This document shows, one piece after another, positions 49,893-59,923 of a stretch of DNA of 64,000 nt. The first letter of the stretch is position 1. Every line of letters begins with the position of its first letter. Location: IMG/VR virus record IMGVR_UViG_3300022744_000020, positions 206,384 to 270,383 of that record; one strand, written 5' to 3'. Below the pieces are notes generated by a model. It did not search any database and was not told the DNA's origin. It worked only from the letters and a program-made list of their open reading frames with translations. The position numbers and the translations under genes were made by a program.

Positions 49893-50573
49893 TTACGTCG
49901 AGGGTGATCCAGCAATTCGGAAGGTGAGCTTATTTTTTTCGCTCAGCCCCAACTTTTCCACGGGTTTCATTCCTTCGATGTAGTAGTAAATGTCAGGACA
50001 TGCACCGGCTTGATTCGTGAGTTCAACAATTCGGGGGAAGATCAACTCTTTGTATCTCGGGTGTTGCCTCATAGCTCTCAAATGGTCGTGAGGGATGAGT
50101 CCTTGAGAAGCAATGAACTCCTCAGCTCTCGTCTTAAGCTCCAGCGCCCATTCTTCTTCCTGAATCTTCTCGCAAACTTCCAGAAAAGGCATCGACTGTG
50201 CGTATTGACAGGACGGGAGAATCTCCTGGATCAAGCGACAAACATATTCGTACTCACTCTTGAGGGCTTCAGAAGCCAAGAGCCACTGCCTCTGATCTCC
50301 CTCATGCTCGACCTTATCCGCTTCAAGAAGCTGTTTCTTGAGCTGGTCACGCTTGCTCTGGTCGAGATCACTGAGATGGTTTTCGATTTCCTGCAGCCGA
50401 GCAATGTGACGCATCCCGGCAGCTTTGTTGTGCGTGAGGCGGTGCTCCAATGCTTCCTTCATCTGCATCAACTCGACGTATTTCCCATCGGGGGTGTGTC
50501 GGGATCCTGCAATGAAGTGTTTGATCTGAAAATTACTGTTGAGTCGGTACGGGTGTGGGATATCGCCAGACAT
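49893..50573 (-). CDS. Coiled-coil tail-fibre-associated protein
   Basis: Last gene of fibre operon; helical. Confidence 0.55.
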   Translation of the reverse strand: MSGDIPHPYRLNSNFQIKHFIAGSRHTPDGKYVELMQMKEALEHRLTHNKAAGMRHIARLQEIENHLSDLDQSKRDQLKKQLLEADKVEHEGDQRQWLLASEALKSEYEYVCRLIQEILPSCQYAQSMPFLEVCEKIQEEEWALELKTRAEEFIASQGLIPHDHLRAMRQHPRYKELIFPRIVELTNQAGACPDIYYYIEGMKPVEKLGLSEKNKLTFRIAGSPST

Positions 50574-50585
50574 TTTCTTTATTCC

Positions 50586-51524
50586 TCAAGCATTGACGCC
50601 AGTGATTGAGCATCCACTGGCAGAACCTAACGAACTGGTGCTGGTAGGGGCATATGCCGCCGTCACCGCTCCAGAAGCGTAAACGTGTCTATTTCTTCGA
50701 CTAACGGTGGTGGATCCGAGATTGAAGATCCCTTGTGTGGCCCCACCGCCAGCACTGCCTTGACTCAGTGCCGAAGTGAGAACCGAAGAAGAAACGCAGG
50801 TATCTGTTGCGTAGGTGTATTTGTTCGTATTGGTCTTAGTTCCACCTGTGGCGATTACGGCCAGTTGCCCATTTCCAGTAGCCGCTCCCAAGTTGAAAGC
50901 CAGCGTCAGCGGCTTAGCAACAGTTTTGGTGTAGGTGGCGTAATTCACTTTCTCAATGGTTGTAACATTGCCGGCAGCCGTAGCACCATACACGAAGTAG
51001 GCATCCGTCATGTTTCCGAAGGCGGCACCACTACACGAATTCACACCCGAGGTTACGCTGGGGACACAAGCCTCATCCGCATAGGTGTACTTGTCTCGAA
51101 GATTCAGATACGTGATCAGGTAACCAATATGAATAAGTGCCTGAACGTCGTTTCCCACGGAGGCCCCGTAGAAGCCTCTGGAAGAAGCTTTGGTCGTGAT
51201 CTGAACGGCGTTCGTGGCGTGTAGGAAACACTCACGAACATCGGTCTCACTTCCTGCGTAGCCACAAGACACCATTTGACGATCGCGCTTACCGACTGCC
51301 GTCTGATACGAACAGCCATTGAGCAATCCTTTCGCTTCAATGGCTGTATTCGACGCTACAAAGTGAACATCTCTCAGGGTGCTCTTGAGCTTGACGTTGG
51401 AGTTGCCGTAGTTAAAGACAGCAAACTCCGCATTCAAATCCGGGATGATGTTCTTTTTCTTTTTTGTTGCGACGTGGCCCATTGCCCTTGCGGTCAATGA
51501 GCCCATCGAGTTAATGATGGGCAT
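50586..51524 (-). CDS. Beta-propeller-like tail-fibre tip / adhesin
   Basis: About 45-aa repeats GAxxGN....xG...KYTYA. Confidence 0.55.
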   Translation of the reverse strand: MPIINSMGSLTARAMGHVATKKKKNIIPDLNAEFAVFNYGNSNVKLKSTLRDVHFVASNTAIEAKGLLNGCSYQTAVGKRDRQMVSCGYAGSETDVRECFLHATNAVQITTKASSRGFYGASVGNDVQALIHIGYLITYLNLRDKYTYADEACVPSVTSGVNSCSGAAFGNMTDAYFVYGATAAGNVTTIEKVNYATYTKTVAKPLTLAFNLGAATGNGQLAVIATGGTKTNTNKYTYATDTCVSSSVLTSALSQGSAGGGATQGIFNLGSTTVSRRNRHVYASGAVTAAYAPTSTSSLGSASGCSITGVNA

Positions 51525-51537
51525 CTCTTACTCCGGT

Positions 51538-53466
51538 TTACTTGTAATAGCTGGTCGAAGCCAGAATTCGGAACGAAGTAACGGTATCCCGAATGATCGT
51601 GAAGGTGTACGTCTCCGTCGAGTTGGTGTTTGCCGTCGTCGGAGTTTCCCCACTGAGCCACTTCGGAGTTACCGCAGTGCCGTCAATTTGGAAGATCGTC
51701 GGGATATAAGCGTATGCCCCGTGTTGAGCCACCAACGTCACCGTCACGGATTTACCCACCTCCAGTGCCTGGACCAAGGGAACCGTGGAGCTGAACCGGA
51801 AATTGATCGTGAAGTTGCTGATGGTGTTGACAGTGAAATACAAGACCGACTGCTCAGAGATTTCATAGTTCACCATCGTCGTCGGTGCCGCTGCGACGAA
51901 CGTGGCAACCTCCGTTGCGTTCTTAACTTCGATGGGGAATTCAGTCGTGCTGGAGTAGACCTGCTTCTTGCTGTAAGTCCGGCCCACTTCCCCGAGGCTA
52001 TTGAGTTGGCCTTGGAGCTTACCCAAAGCCACCACGTAGGTGTCAGCAACCGCGATCTGTGCCTTTGCTGCAATGTCCAAACCTACCAGAGTCGAGACGT
52101 TAGACAGCAAACTTCTCCAAGGACTTCCGACCAGGCTTGCCGGCCATTGAGTTCCAATCGGAACTGCATTGATCGCAAAACACAGACTCCCATCCGGCGC
52201 AAACACCAAATCGTTGATGGCGTATGCCGCACCGACGGTGTGGTTGGCGACGTTGAACGAAATGTTTTTCCAAGATCCGTCACCAAACAGAGCCATGGAG
52301 CGCTGTGCCATGGTGGCGGCAGGAACCGATCCAGCAACCCCGTCAGCAGACGCCGTAGCACCGACATAGACCGGCGTTGAGCCACCACCAGTACCAGTGG
52401 GGGCGGTAATCCAGCCGCTCGTCGAGAGAATCTTCCCAGCGTCTGCGGTTTCAAAGGCAGGCACCAAGCCTTCTTTAGACTTACCGAAGACGGTGTATGT
52501 CGCTCCCGTCGTGGTGTTGATGGTCGTCCAAACCCCCGCACCACTCAGGAATTTTCCTTCATCTCCAGCCTGAGGAGCTGGGACCAAACCAGAAGACCCA
52601 GCCGTCGTCGAACTCGAACCTGCGAAGGCCGAATAGGTTGGAATCGTCGGAAAGGCAGGGAGTTCTTTCCAGCCTGTCAGACTGAGATACCGAGTCAGGG
52701 TACCCGCACTCGCCGACGGAACCAATCCTGCTGTTCCTGCTGCAGTGCTGGTGGGTGGGGTGAAATCAGAATAGCTGGCTTGTGCCGGGAAGTCCGACCA
52801 GCCACCAGTGGTCAGAACCTTTACCGCAATTCCTGCCGCTGGTGCCGGCACCAGACCAACCTCACCTGCTGCCAGCGCCGTTCCAGCTTTGAATACGCTG
52901 TAGGTCGGAATGGAGATTTTCTTCCACAGTCCGGAAGCGGATAAAAACGCATCCAGATCGGCATAGACGGCAGGTGGAACCAATCCAGCAGCCGACGCCG
53001 ACGTACTGGTAGGGGCAACGTAGTTGCCTGCAGACACTCCGGAAATGGACGGGAAGTCCGTCCATCCCTTTGGCGACAGATACCGATTGTCTGCACCAAT
53101 TGCTGGTCCTGGAACGAGTCCGTCAGTACCAGCAGCAGTTGCCGTGTTCGCTCCAAAAACAGAGTAAGTCGTCGGTGCAGGGATGAAGATTTTCTTCCAG
53201 GTCCCGTCGGCACAGAAGAAGCCATCTATGTTGGCAAAACTCGGAGGTACTACGAGACCTGCGGTACCAGTCGAAGTGCTGGTAGGTGCGACGTAATTGG
53301 AGGCGGACGCACCTCCCGTGGCTGGCATCTCTTTCCAGCCAGTGGCGGAAAGATACCGGGTATCACTACCAGCCGATGGTGCTGGCACGAGACCAGCTTT
53401 ACCGGCAAGCAAAGTAGTCGAGCCCACGAAGTTTCTCAACTTCTGAGCAATTTTCAATTTGATCAT
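51538..53466 (-). CDS. Tail fibre protein with nine GLVP repeats
   Basis: AGxxGLVPAP...(Y/F)LS..GW repeats. Confidence 0.8.
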   Translation of the reverse strand: MIKLKIAQKLRNFVGSTTLLAGKAGLVPAPSAGSDTRYLSATGWKEMPATGGASASNYVAPTSTSTGTAGLVVPPSFANIDGFFCADGTWKKIFIPAPTTYSVFGANTATAAGTDGLVPGPAIGADNRYLSPKGWTDFPSISGVSAGNYVAPTSTSASAAGLVPPAVYADLDAFLSASGLWKKISIPTYSVFKAGTALAAGEVGLVPAPAAGIAVKVLTTGGWSDFPAQASYSDFTPPTSTAAGTAGLVPSASAGTLTRYLSLTGWKELPAFPTIPTYSAFAGSSSTTAGSSGLVPAPQAGDEGKFLSGAGVWTTINTTTGATYTVFGKSKEGLVPAFETADAGKILSTSGWITAPTGTGGGSTPVYVGATASADGVAGSVPAATMAQRSMALFGDGSWKNISFNVANHTVGAAYAINDLVFAPDGSLCFAINAVPIGTQWPASLVGSPWRSLLSNVSTLVGLDIAAKAQIAVADTYVVALGKLQGQLNSLGEVGRTYSKKQVYSSTTEFPIEVKNATEVATFVAAAPTTMVNYEISEQSVLYFTVNTISNFTINFRFSSTVPLVQALEVGKSVTVTLVAQHGAYAYIPTIFQIDGTAVTPKWLSGETPTTANTNSTETYTFTIIRDTVTSFRILASTSYYK

Positions 53467-53489
53467 TTCCTAACTCCTGAATTTATTCA

Positions 53490-54659
53490 TTAAACCAGAT
53501 AGCTTCCAGAAGCGTCGGTAGCCACCAGACCCGACGTGGAAACTGCCGCGCTCTTACGCACGCTGGCTGCAAACTCAGTGATGTAATACGTGTACGTTAC
53601 CACGATCTTCCCATTGAGGCAGGTGATCACAAAGTCGGAGCACATCGGGGTAGCGTCTCCGACAATCTCAGCGGAGTCTCCTTCTTCGAGGGCAATCGTG
53701 CTGGAGTCGGTCAGACTAACGGTTCCGCTGCCTTCTTTTTGAAGGAAGCAAACCCCGGTGATCAAAATACCTTCCCGGATCTCTTCTTTACGACCAGAGA
53801 AGAATTGACCGGTGGCAAGAGTCTTGCTTCCAGTTCGAGGAAGACCAATTTTCATTCCACGCCGCTGAATAGAAATCAGCGTTGGGGGATTGGCGAGAAC
53901 CTTGTTTTTGGTTGTGTTTCTCCACAGCTCTGACACCACAGTACCCGTGGTCGTTGTGGTTTTGGACAGGATGTCAAACACGTCTTGTTCAGAAGACGAT
54001 CGGATAGCATCATACTCCTCCACCAAAGTCACCGGTGCCGGAACGACGGGATCCGTTGCGACCTTCACAAGCAGAGGATCCGTGGACCCCGAAGGTGCGA
54101 GCTTTTGCTGTAGGCTGGTCAGGCTGTTGCGCGTGCTGTTCAAATGAACAACCATCGCCTTCAAAGCAGCAATGACCGTAGCATTGCCCGTGCCATCTTC
54201 GGCCATTCGAATATCTGCTGGCGTCCCCAGGGAATAGGCGTGGTCCGCAGCCCAAGCCCCATTGACCGGACTACCTGTGAGTTTTTGTGCCGGCTCCCTG
54301 GATTGGTTGTACCAAACCACCACCGTGACGACCGGGGTTTTGCCCAGATCGGTAACTTCGTAGCGGCGCAGAAGGTCTCCGGCGTTGAAGCCGATCCCGT
54401 CCTGTTTGGCTACGAAGTTCTGCTCGAGCATCAAGACGGAAGAAGCTGTGGTGGTTCCAGAACCGGAGGTCGTTCCAGTCGTGGTGCCGGTGCTGGGAAT
54501 CACTCCGTCGGCTATGGCCTTTTGGATCACATTCGTTGCCGTGTCTACGACAAAGTCAGCCAAGAATTCCTGAATTTCTACGCCGTTGATATAAAGGCGC
54601 TCGATGTTGTAATAACCAACCTTGGGTCGAAGGGTGGTCAGAATGATTTCGCTGGACAT
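53490..54659 (-). CDS. Putative tail-associated structural protein
   Basis: First gene of fibre operon; Thr/Gly linker; internal WxNxT/S repeat. Confidence 0.55.
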   Translation of the reverse strand: MSSEIILTTLRPKVGYYNIERLYINGVEIQEFLADFVVDTATNVIQKAIADGVIPSTGTTTGTTSGSGTTTASSVLMLEQNFVAKQDGIGFNAGDLLRRYEVTDLGKTPVVTVVVWYNQSREPAQKLTGSPVNGAWAADHAYSLGTPADIRMAEDGTGNATVIAALKAMVVHLNSTRNSLTSLQQKLAPSGSTDPLLVKVATDPVVPAPVTLVEEYDAIRSSSEQDVFDILSKTTTTTGTVVSELWRNTTKNKVLANPPTLISIQRRGMKIGLPRTGSKTLATGQFFSGRKEEIREGILITGVCFLQKEGSGTVSLTDSSTIALEEGDSAEIVGDATPMCSDFVITCLNGKIVVTYTYYITEFAASVRKSAAVSTSGLVATDASGSYLV

Positions 54660-54747
54660 GGGAAGGATTCCTCTCAGTGGGTCATTAAAAAGCTTAAAGA
54701 TAAGCGCGCTCAGGTCAAAAGATGCCCACTATAGAGAGCATACAAAG

Positions 54748-54779
54748 GAGGCATGGATCCCGCAAGGGATCCATGCCTC
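54748..54779 (-). terminator. 14-bp hairpin terminator
   Basis: GAGGCATGGATCCC/GGGATCCATGCCTC. Confidence 0.7.
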
Positions 54780-54796
54780 TCAATGTTTGGGGATGT

Positions 54797-55312
54797 TCAG
54801 TCCAGATAGCTGCCAGGAATAACCGGATCAGTGTGTCTCGCGTTCTTCAGGTACGAGTACACACGAGCCAACCAACTCATGAAAGTGGACTTCTTCCGTA
54901 GTCCTCCTTTTTCGCTGTACTCGATATCGTCATCCCTCAGATCCGGATCAAAATCACTGATCAACTGCGGACAAACTGCTTCGATCTTTCTCGGGGCGTA
55001 GGCGATGGCCCATTCCGGATTGTGGAGAACCAACCCATTGAAGTTCATGAGCGCCATGATCTTAGGGTGTTTGAAGCTCGCCCAATCCGGACGCAACTCA
55101 CACACAATCCCCGGGTATTGAGCCAGAACCCACTCCGGGGCAAACCGACAGGCCCATTCGGGGTTGTGAATGATCATCGCGTGCGGATTGAGATTGAACG
55201 CCCAGCGTGGGTGTTTCTGACAGATCTTTTTCAACTCATCGAGAGAAAGATCTGAGAACCGCTTGTTGATGGCTTTATCGCGGGCTTCGGTAAATTCAGA
55301 TTCAGTATGCAT
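54797..55312 (-). CDS. Hypothetical protein with 8-aa PxW repeats
   Basis: HPRW/NPEW/APEW/RPDW periodicity; overlaps helicase stop. Confidence 0.7.
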   Translation of the reverse strand: MHTESEFTEARDKAINKRFSDLSLDELKKICQKHPRWAFNLNPHAMIIHNPEWACRFAPEWVLAQYPGIVCELRPDWASFKHPKIMALMNFNGLVLHNPEWAIAYAPRKIEAVCPQLISDFDPDLRDDDIEYSEKGGLRKKSTFMSWLARVYSYLKNARHTDPVIPGSYLD

Positions 55313-56816
55313 ATTCGTCCTCTTCAGCTTCTTGGAACACCCCAACCTTCTTTTGACTGATTCGGGGTTTGTTTAAGTCATCTGGAATGGGTCCAGTTTC
55401 AGGGAATGGCAACACAAAGTATTTCTTGGACTCAGGAATAGCCGGCACGCCGCGATGCTTACCGCGCATCACGGTTAGGTATGATCTCCCATCCGACACC
55501 TCAATGTGGATGTAGAGTTCCAGATCCATTTCTTGGCCGAGCTGCTTAGATCCTTCGTAGTAATTCTTACCGGGCAGGTGTTTGACAAAGTCACGATAGC
55601 CTTCACGCACAAGCATCGTGGCGTCCACCGACAACTGGTGTGGGGTAATCAGGGTGATTCTCTTGGCACTAAAGAAGTTGCGAGCCTTGCGGAATAGATC
55701 ACGCAAATTAGTTCCGGTGGCTCCGTCGGTATCGCAGCCACTCAGATTCATCTGGCGCAAGTAGTCAATCATGCAGACATGGATCTCGTAGCCTTGAGAT
55801 TCCAGGTCAAGAATAAGGTTCTTCAGATCCGCAAGCGCGAAATCGGAAGGGTTGTACCGATACATCTTGACGTGGTAGCCGTTGACCTTCATGCGATCAA
55901 CGACATACTTCGCCATGTCTCTTTCATGCAGCTTTCCAAACACAGGCATGACGCCATGCTCGTTGATGCTGATGTTTTCGTAAAGGAAACGAACGTTGTT
56001 CGGAAGCTCGTCCTCAAACGAGATTCGAACCATCAAAGGCTTTTTCGTTTTATCAATCAAGTACGGCGTGTTGTACTCGCACATCTGCTTGAACAACGTC
56101 AGACTGAAACCCGTCTTGTAGTTGTGCTGAAGCGCGTTGATGACGATTTCCTCTCCCCGCCGCGCGCCACCCTGGGTTGCTACGTTGAGGTCCTGCCATC
56201 CAAACTGAATCATGCCTTCGTTTGAACTCATCGTGGCGGCTTCTCTGAACACAGTTTCCACCGAGTCCAAATTGTCCACGTCCAAACTCGACACCATGCG
56301 CGTGTCAATCTTGGCATCCATCTGCTGGAAGGGATCCAGCGAGGCAATCAATTCTGCCGTAAATTTTCTCAGGTCCGGGATTTGTGCTCGGTGAAAGCAG
56401 ACTTTTGTCGAGGCGTCTCGAATGACTTTTGTAAGTTTGTCTTCTCGATCACTGGCCCTCAAGAACGACTGAAGGAGCCTCGTATTCTTCAAAATACTGA
56501 CGTGATCGACCTCTTCGTTCACGTAATCCGAAATCGACTCAAATATGAGGGGATTATCCCTGAGGATAATCCGAAGTTTGGATTTGAAATCATTCGCATC
56601 GATCTTCTCGCCCAAAGGCGCATCCAGTAGCCCGATGCAGATTTGCTTGAGTTGATTAAGTTCTTCCCGGTCTCGCATTCCGTTCAGGCTAGACTCCGGA
56701 ACCTTCACTTTTTCGAGCCATCCTCGGACAAGCTCCTCACTTCTTTGGGGTTCTGCAAAATGCGACTCCCAGTAAAGAAGAGCCAAACATTGAGCGAGAA
56801 TGACGTAGTTATCCAT
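55302..56816 (-). CDS. dnaB: DnaB-like replicative helicase (phiKZ gp118-like)
   Basis: GGARRGE..INALQHNYKTG, ISFED, IDYL, TPHQLS, RGKHRG. Confidence 0.88.
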   Translation of the reverse strand: MDNYVILAQCLALLYWESHFAEPQRSEELVRGWLEKVKVPESSLNGMRDREELNQLKQICIGLLDAPLGEKIDANDFKSKLRIILRDNPLIFESISDYVNEEVDHVSILKNTRLLQSFLRASDREDKLTKVIRDASTKVCFHRAQIPDLRKFTAELIASLDPFQQMDAKIDTRMVSSLDVDNLDSVETVFREAATMSSNEGMIQFGWQDLNVATQGGARRGEEIVINALQHNYKTGFSLTLFKQMCEYNTPYLIDKTKKPLMVRISFEDELPNNVRFLYENISINEHGVMPVFGKLHERDMAKYVVDRMKVNGYHVKMYRYNPSDFALADLKNLILDLESQGYEIHVCMIDYLRQMNLSGCDTDGATGTNLRDLFRKARNFFSAKRITLITPHQLSVDATMLVREGYRDFVKHLPGKNYYEGSKQLGQEMDLELYIHIEVSDGRSYLTVMRGKHRGVPAIPESKKYFVLPFPETGPIPDDLNKPRISQKKVGVFQEAEEDEYAY

Positions 56817-56995
56817 GGGGGATATTCGATATGGTTGGTGTAGGGTGACTGCTTTGGTTGGTGGTCCCCGCAGTCTGACACACGATGGTTGTCCTGGTTT
56901 GTTTTTTACCATTCTTATTAGTGTGATTGATATGCTGATCCTATAAATTAACTAATCTTGTAGGTGATCTTCAACCACTTAGAATAGGAGGACCC

Positions 56996-57550
56996 ATGGG
57001 TCCTAGTGCGCACCGAAAATTTATTTTCCTTCCAAGGTGGGTGGAGATCCTCCTCCAAAGGCAAGGTCAAAGCCCCACCGTCCTTCAAGATCTGTCCAAA
57101 GCCAACGAGTACCTGTCCTGGATGGACCTTGCTTGTGTGGACTATCTGAATGAAAATGCCAAACGTTTGCTCGGATTTGACAACTCCGACTGCGGAACCA
57201 ACGACACTGGACTGGGTGTTGCAGGGGAAGGCATAAAAATTTATATCCATCATGTGGCGCCGCTACGCCCCATGGTGGAGCAGGTCCTGATGGACCGACT
57301 CTTTGAAGCAGAGGGCCATTTCGAGGAAGGGAAACGCAAAACGCATCACGCGTACGTGTCCGACCAAGAGATTGTTTTCGTGGTTATTTACCCGTCTTGC
57401 TTCATTGGCGACACCAGGATGCAAGATGCACAGAGTCTGACGAAAGATATTTTCAAGATCATTCACGATTTTGAAGGTTTCGATCGGTTAGTTCAACACG
57501 CTTGCTGGCGCGAGCACTTCTCCAATCAATCGATTCAATCGGCGGCGTGA
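56996..57550 (+). CDS. Conserved gene between helicase and capsid (phiKZ gp119-like position)
   Basis: Synteny. Confidence 0.6.
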   Translation: MGPSAHRKFIFLPRWVEILLQRQGQSPTVLQDLSKANEYLSWMDLACVDYLNENAKRLLGFDNSDCGTNDTGLGVAGEGIKIYIHHVAPLRPMVEQVLMDRLFEAEGHFEEGKRKTHHAYVSDQEIVFVVIYPSCFIGDTRMQDAQSLTKDIFKIIHDFEGFDRLVQHACWREHFSNQSIQSAA

Positions 57551-57581
57551 GCCGTTTCTTTTCTCTACGGAGTCATTTCCC

Positions 57582-59804
57582 ATGATCAAGTTTTCCAACC
57601 GTGACACGCTCGGCATCCGTCCGCAGCAGGCTCAGACGCCGACCGAAGCCCTGATGGGCGCCGTGTCGAACCTGAAGGAACAGAACTCTGGCCATCACGT
57701 GGACGCGGGCACGACCAAGGGCATCCTGGGCATCGAGTCGATGTCGGTGGAAGTCGCTGGCCGTGCGGACGAGTCGGCTGGTCGAATTCAAGAGAATCTG
57801 ACCAAGGCCATCGCCGCCACCAATCTGCAGCTCAAGAATGAGGGCCGCGGCACGATGGAGTTCGGCGCTGCTTCCCTGGAAGCCGCCACCTACGCCATGA
57901 TGGCCGCTTCGAACCCGCGCGCGCTGGCTGCTCGCGGCAACTTCGATCCGACCGGCGTTCGCTCGGCTGCCGAGCAAGAAAAGGCGACCTACGTCGCCAT
58001 GAACTCGACCGGCGTGCGCGGCAAGCGTCCCGTGGTCGGCGCCGAAGCCTTCGACAACCGTGTGAACAACACCATCATCGAACGCGCTGTCACGTACAAC
58101 CTGAAGGGTCCGCGTCAGAACGAATTCGCCGCCACGTTCTTCCCGCCGGTGGCAATCGCTCCGGGTCAAGCCGCCTGGTCGACGTCGATCCAAGTCCAGT
58201 ATGTCTTCGAGCCGGTCAAGCATGCCGTCAACGGCGCCGTCGCTGACTTCCATCGCGTCTCGCTGCTGAAGGCCCTGCGCAAGTCCGACATCCTGCGCAG
58301 CGAAGTCACGAAGGTCATCCCGGTCCTGCGCACCGGTGGTGGCGAATCGGACACCACGCACCTGTTCTCGTCCAAGGTCGCGCCGGTCAACGTGATGTAC
58401 GAAAACCATCCCGTCCCGACCGCACCGCTGGCCTTCGGCGTCGGCGAGTTCAACCTGCTGGGCCTGAGCCAGAACGACGCGCTGATCCAGCAAGGCGTGT
58501 TCACGCACAGTGACTCGCTGGACTCGGCCGCCTACTTCGAAGAAATCTTCATCGAACTGGGCGCCAACGCCGGCGGCAAGGTTCTGCGCTTCCCGGTGAA
58601 GGACCTGCGTGGCACGCACTTCACCTACAGCCTGCAAGGCAACACCCGCACGCTGTCCATCCAAAGCAAGATCTACGATCTGTGGCTGAAGAAGGACATG
58701 CTGGATCACCTGGGCGCCGCCATCCCTGGCCTGAATGGTCTGGGCACGAACCAAGTGCGCGTCAGCATGAGCGTGTACGGCACGATCCTGCAGGACAAGG
58801 GCACCACGGACATCAACGCCGGCAAGCTGGTCGTCGAAGAAATCCGTACGGCCGATGGCGAGAAGCTGGACCTGAAGTCCTCGCAAGGCGCCACGATCGT
58901 GACGCTGCTGGAAGGCACCAAGGGCGACAGCTACCGTGTGAACATCCGTCGCACGAACTCGAACCTGCGTGAAAACGGTCAGCGTATCGACACGCAGACC
59001 GAAGTGAACGTGTACTACGTTCCGACGCTGGCTCCGATCACGGCTCAACGCCCGGTGCTGCAAGACGGCTCGGACGACGGTGCCCTGATGGACACGCTGT
59101 GCCAGACGACCTACGTCAACGCCTCGAACCACGCGGTCGACCGCCTGTTCGAAATCGCCGACACGCTGAAGACCTACACCGCCAATCGCGGCGTGGAATC
59201 GCAAGCGCAGATGCTGGGCGTGGTCAGCTACCTGATCGAGCCGACGTATCTGGAAGACGAATGGAAGATCGACGAGATGGTCGACTCCCTGAACTCTTCG
59301 GATCGTGCGAACAACACGATGGACGCGTTCCTGAACGGCGTGCGTGACTTCGCCTACCGCATGTGGACGGAGTCGGGTCTGCAACTGGCCCTGGAAGCCG
59401 CCTACGGCACCTGCCCGAAGCCCGTGGTCATCATCGGCTGCGACCCGCTGTACAAGCGCTGGCTGACCGAGTTCGGTGACAACCGCATGATGGGCGAGTT
59501 CTTCGGCCACCGCGTGGTCGATTCCTGGAACGAAAAGATGAGCGGTCACCTGTTCATCACCTTCGGTCTGGAAGAAGCGTTCTCGTCCGGCGTGCAGTGC
59601 CCGTGGCACTTCGGCAACTTCGTCTGGCGCGCGGAAGTGCCGGTCGCGATGCCGATCACCCGTGGCAACGCCACCACGCACGAACTGATGGTCACGCCGT
59701 CGTACCTGCACGTGCCGAACCTGCCGGTTCTGGCCAAGATCAAGGTCTCCGGCATCGAGAAGATCATCGCTGCCAAGAACCCGGTCTGGACGAAGGCTGT
59801 GTAA
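57582..59804 (+). CDS. Major capsid protein (phiKZ gp120-like)
   Basis: 740 aa, strongest codon bias in window, propeptide sites GIE/SLE/GAE|AF, RQNEFAATFFP, synteny with DnaB. Confidence 0.9.
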   Translation: MIKFSNRDTLGIRPQQAQTPTEALMGAVSNLKEQNSGHHVDAGTTKGILGIESMSVEVAGRADESAGRIQENLTKAIAATNLQLKNEGRGTMEFGAASLEAATYAMMAASNPRALAARGNFDPTGVRSAAEQEKATYVAMNSTGVRGKRPVVGAEAFDNRVNNTIIERAVTYNLKGPRQNEFAATFFPPVAIAPGQAAWSTSIQVQYVFEPVKHAVNGAVADFHRVSLLKALRKSDILRSEVTKVIPVLRTGGGESDTTHLFSSKVAPVNVMYENHPVPTAPLAFGVGEFNLLGLSQNDALIQQGVFTHSDSLDSAAYFEEIFIELGANAGGKVLRFPVKDLRGTHFTYSLQGNTRTLSIQSKIYDLWLKKDMLDHLGAAIPGLNGLGTNQVRVSMSVYGTILQDKGTTDINAGKLVVEEIRTADGEKLDLKSSQGATIVTLLEGTKGDSYRVNIRRTNSNLRENGQRIDTQTEVNVYYVPTLAPITAQRPVLQDGSDDGALMDTLCQTTYVNASNHAVDRLFEIADTLKTYTANRGVESQAQMLGVVSYLIEPTYLEDEWKIDEMVDSLNSSDRANNTMDAFLNGVRDFAYRMWTESGLQLALEAAYGTCPKPVVIIGCDPLYKRWLTEFGDNRMMGEFFGHRVVDSWNEKMSGHLFITFGLEEAFSSGVQCPWHFGNFVWRAEVPVAMPITRGNATTHELMVTPSYLHVPNLPVLAKIKVSGIEKIIAAKNPVWTKAV

Positions 59805-59837
59805 TTGCCAGGTACCCTATTCGTGGGGTAAACAAAG

Positions 59838-59870
59838 AAATAAGGGGGCCTTCGGGCTCCCTTATTTTTT
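59838..59870 (+). terminator. UUCG intrinsic terminator
   Basis: AAATAAGGGGGCC-TTCG-GGCTCCCTTATTT plus T tract. Confidence 0.85.
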
Positions 59871-59923
59871 ATGACGTGGTTGAATACAGTGTCTCTCACC
59901 CCCTACCCCAGGAGCCTGTCCTT

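Noticed and set aside
51538-53466. DGR or CRISPR-like DNA repeats in the fibre gene
   Set aside because: Repeats are protein-level and diverged at DNA level; no reverse transcriptase, TR/VR pair or spacer array seen in the window
56100-56170. Aberrant Walker A (ALQHNYKT) suggesting a dead helicase
   Set aside because: To my knowledge this variant is typical of phiKZ-family DnaB homologues, and the other motifs are intact
57573-59711. 712-aa antisense ORF over the capsid gene
   Set aside because: Shadow ORF produced by strong codon bias; no RBS or motifs. The same applies to 933-1685(+), 6592-7683(-), 20956-21966(-) and 46007-47248(-).
59597-59923. Capsid frameshift or read-through extension implied by the 1086-aa ORF starting at 59597
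   Set aside because: A strong UUCG terminator (59838-59870) lies between, and ATG 59924 has its own AGGAG RBS
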